From Clostridia bacterium (GTDB lineage: Bacteria; Bacillota; Clostridia; Oscillospirales; Acutalibacteraceae): a DNA stretch of 64,000 nucleotides. The translations under genes and the position numbers were made by a program. Position 1 is the stretch's first letter, and every line of letters begins with the position of its first letter. The notes under the pieces were generated by a model. That model was not told the origin of the DNA. It worked only from the letters and a program-made list of their open reading frames with translations, and made no database searches. The stretch is from NCBI GenBank assembly GCA_017550625.1, contig JAFZOL010000039.1, positions 23,211 through 87,210 of the forward strand, written 5' to 3'. Positions 63,532-64,000 of the stretch are shown here, piece by piece.

Positions 63532-63560
63532 ATTATAGTTTTTCGGCACACGTGAGTCAA
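63532..63560 (-). promoter_or_regulatory. consensus sigma-A promoter of the gmhA operon
   Basis: Minus strand TTGACT-17 nt-TATAAT. Confidence 0.65.
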
Positions 63561-63730
63561 TAAGAAAAAACGGGAAATGTGCTTTTCGGGGAACGGATGT
63601 CATAGGGTTGTATGAATAAAGAGGACCGTCCGGCCGCGGGACGCCCGCCGCCGGGGTGTTTTGGTAAAATCACACAAAAACAGTACTGCAAATTCAGTCA
63701 ATTTGTCAGAAAGAAAATCTTGAAAAACAC

Positions 63731-63760
63731 TTGAAATGCGGTATAAAAATACATTATAAT
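63731..63760 (+). promoter_or_regulatory. sigma-A-type promoter
   Basis: TTGAAA-18 nt-TATAAT, 50 nt upstream of the ATG at 63810. Confidence 0.55.
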
Positions 63761-63809
63761 ACCTATGAGTATTTTGTGTTCCCATCAATTTTTGAAAAGG
63801 AATGATCTT

Positions 63810-64000
63810 ATGAAAAAAGTTCTGAGCATCATGCTTTCCCTGCTTCTGGTCATGGGCCTGTTCACGTTCGCTTTCGCCGAGGATGAACCCGCGGAAACGT
63901 GCGAGCACGTTTGGGGCGAATGGGTGGTCGACAGCGCCGCCGATTACCGCGTGACGGGGCATCACCACAGGACCTGCGAGGTCTGCGGCGAGACCGAGGA
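63810..64000 (+). CDS. secreted Cys-rich-module protein (5' fragment; continues past the right window edge)
   Basis: Not in the ORF track. MKKVLSIMLSLLLVMGLFTFAFAEDEPAETCEHVWGEWVVDSAADYRVTGHHHRTCEVCGETE... is a signal peptide followed by the same H-x-W...C-x2-C-G module as 3532..5493. Confidence 0.75.
   Translation, partial: MKKVLSIMLSLLLVMGLFTFAFAEDEPAETCEHVWGEWVVDSAADYRVTGHHHRTCEVCGETE

Noticed and set aside
63498-63560. N-terminal extension of gmhA to the TTG at 63560, with analogous extensions for mraZ at 41876, the small protein at 19374 and the GPH transporter at 54089
   Set aside because: In each case the proposed TTG/GTG start lies in or upstream of a good -35/-10 promoter pair, so it would not be on the mRNA. 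Downstream starts with RBSs were used instead.
63600-63968. 122-aa minus-strand ORF
   Set aside because: It spans an AT-rich promoter region and is antisense to the signal-peptide-encoding start of the plus-strand Cys-module gene. It has no RBS.
1-64000. Prophage, ICE, transposon, defence island, tRNA/rRNA genes
   Set aside because: No integrase, transposase, recombinase, phage structural, restriction, Cas or abortive-infection-like proteins were recognised. No tRNA T-loop/acceptor patterns or rRNA-like stretches were seen. Apart from the small low-GC islet, the window looks like core chromosome.

Overview
This is 64 kb of high-GC chromosome (about 60-65% by eye) from an endospore-forming Clostridia-type Firmicute. 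The evidence is the rpsT/gpr/spoIIP synteny, a SpoVD-type PBP, an IspH-S1 fusion and a reverse rubrerythrin. Dockerin-bearing secreted proteins suggest an Oscillospiraceae/Ruminococcaceae-like anaerobe. I call about 59 protein genes, mostly on the minus strand. Core content: thrS with a Thr T-box leader, topB, the cmk/ispH-rpsA operon, proS, and a long dcw cell-division/cell-wall cluster (mraZ-rsmH-ftsL-pbp-murE-mraY-ftsW-murG-murA-ftsQ-ftsZ). Carbohydrate genes include two GH27 alpha-galactosidases, a clan GH-A hydrolase, a FucI-like isomerase with xylulokinase, and GPH/MFS transporters. A gmhA/DHS-like/PfkB-kinase/HAD operon is also present. Several unusual secreted proteins stand out: a dockerin protein made of tandem Cys-rich C-x9-11-CxxC-H modules, a dockerin-fused BMP-family binding protein, and a 1671-aa S8 protease mosaic carrying the same Cys modules. 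I saw no rRNA, tRNA, CRISPR array, integrase or transposase. The most interesting unexplained signals are: (1) a roughly 300-bp nested palindromic element between ftsZ and proS, whose ends recur as an 84-bp short copy at 43.6 kb; (2) the Cys-rich extracytoplasmic repeat family shared by three genes; (3) the heptose-like operon containing a deoxyhypusine-synthase-like gene; (4) a four-hairpin GUGAAAU array at 59.9 kb; (5) a low-GC islet carrying a bacterial PH-domain gene; (6) an apparently antitoxin-less mazF; (7) an uncharacterised gene translationally coupled to topB. All family calls rest on motif recognition by eye and no database search was possible. Many long ORFs in the supplied track are antisense shadows of real genes, which is typical of high-GC DNA. 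Several track starts are TTG/GTG codons that sit inside promoter -35 boxes.
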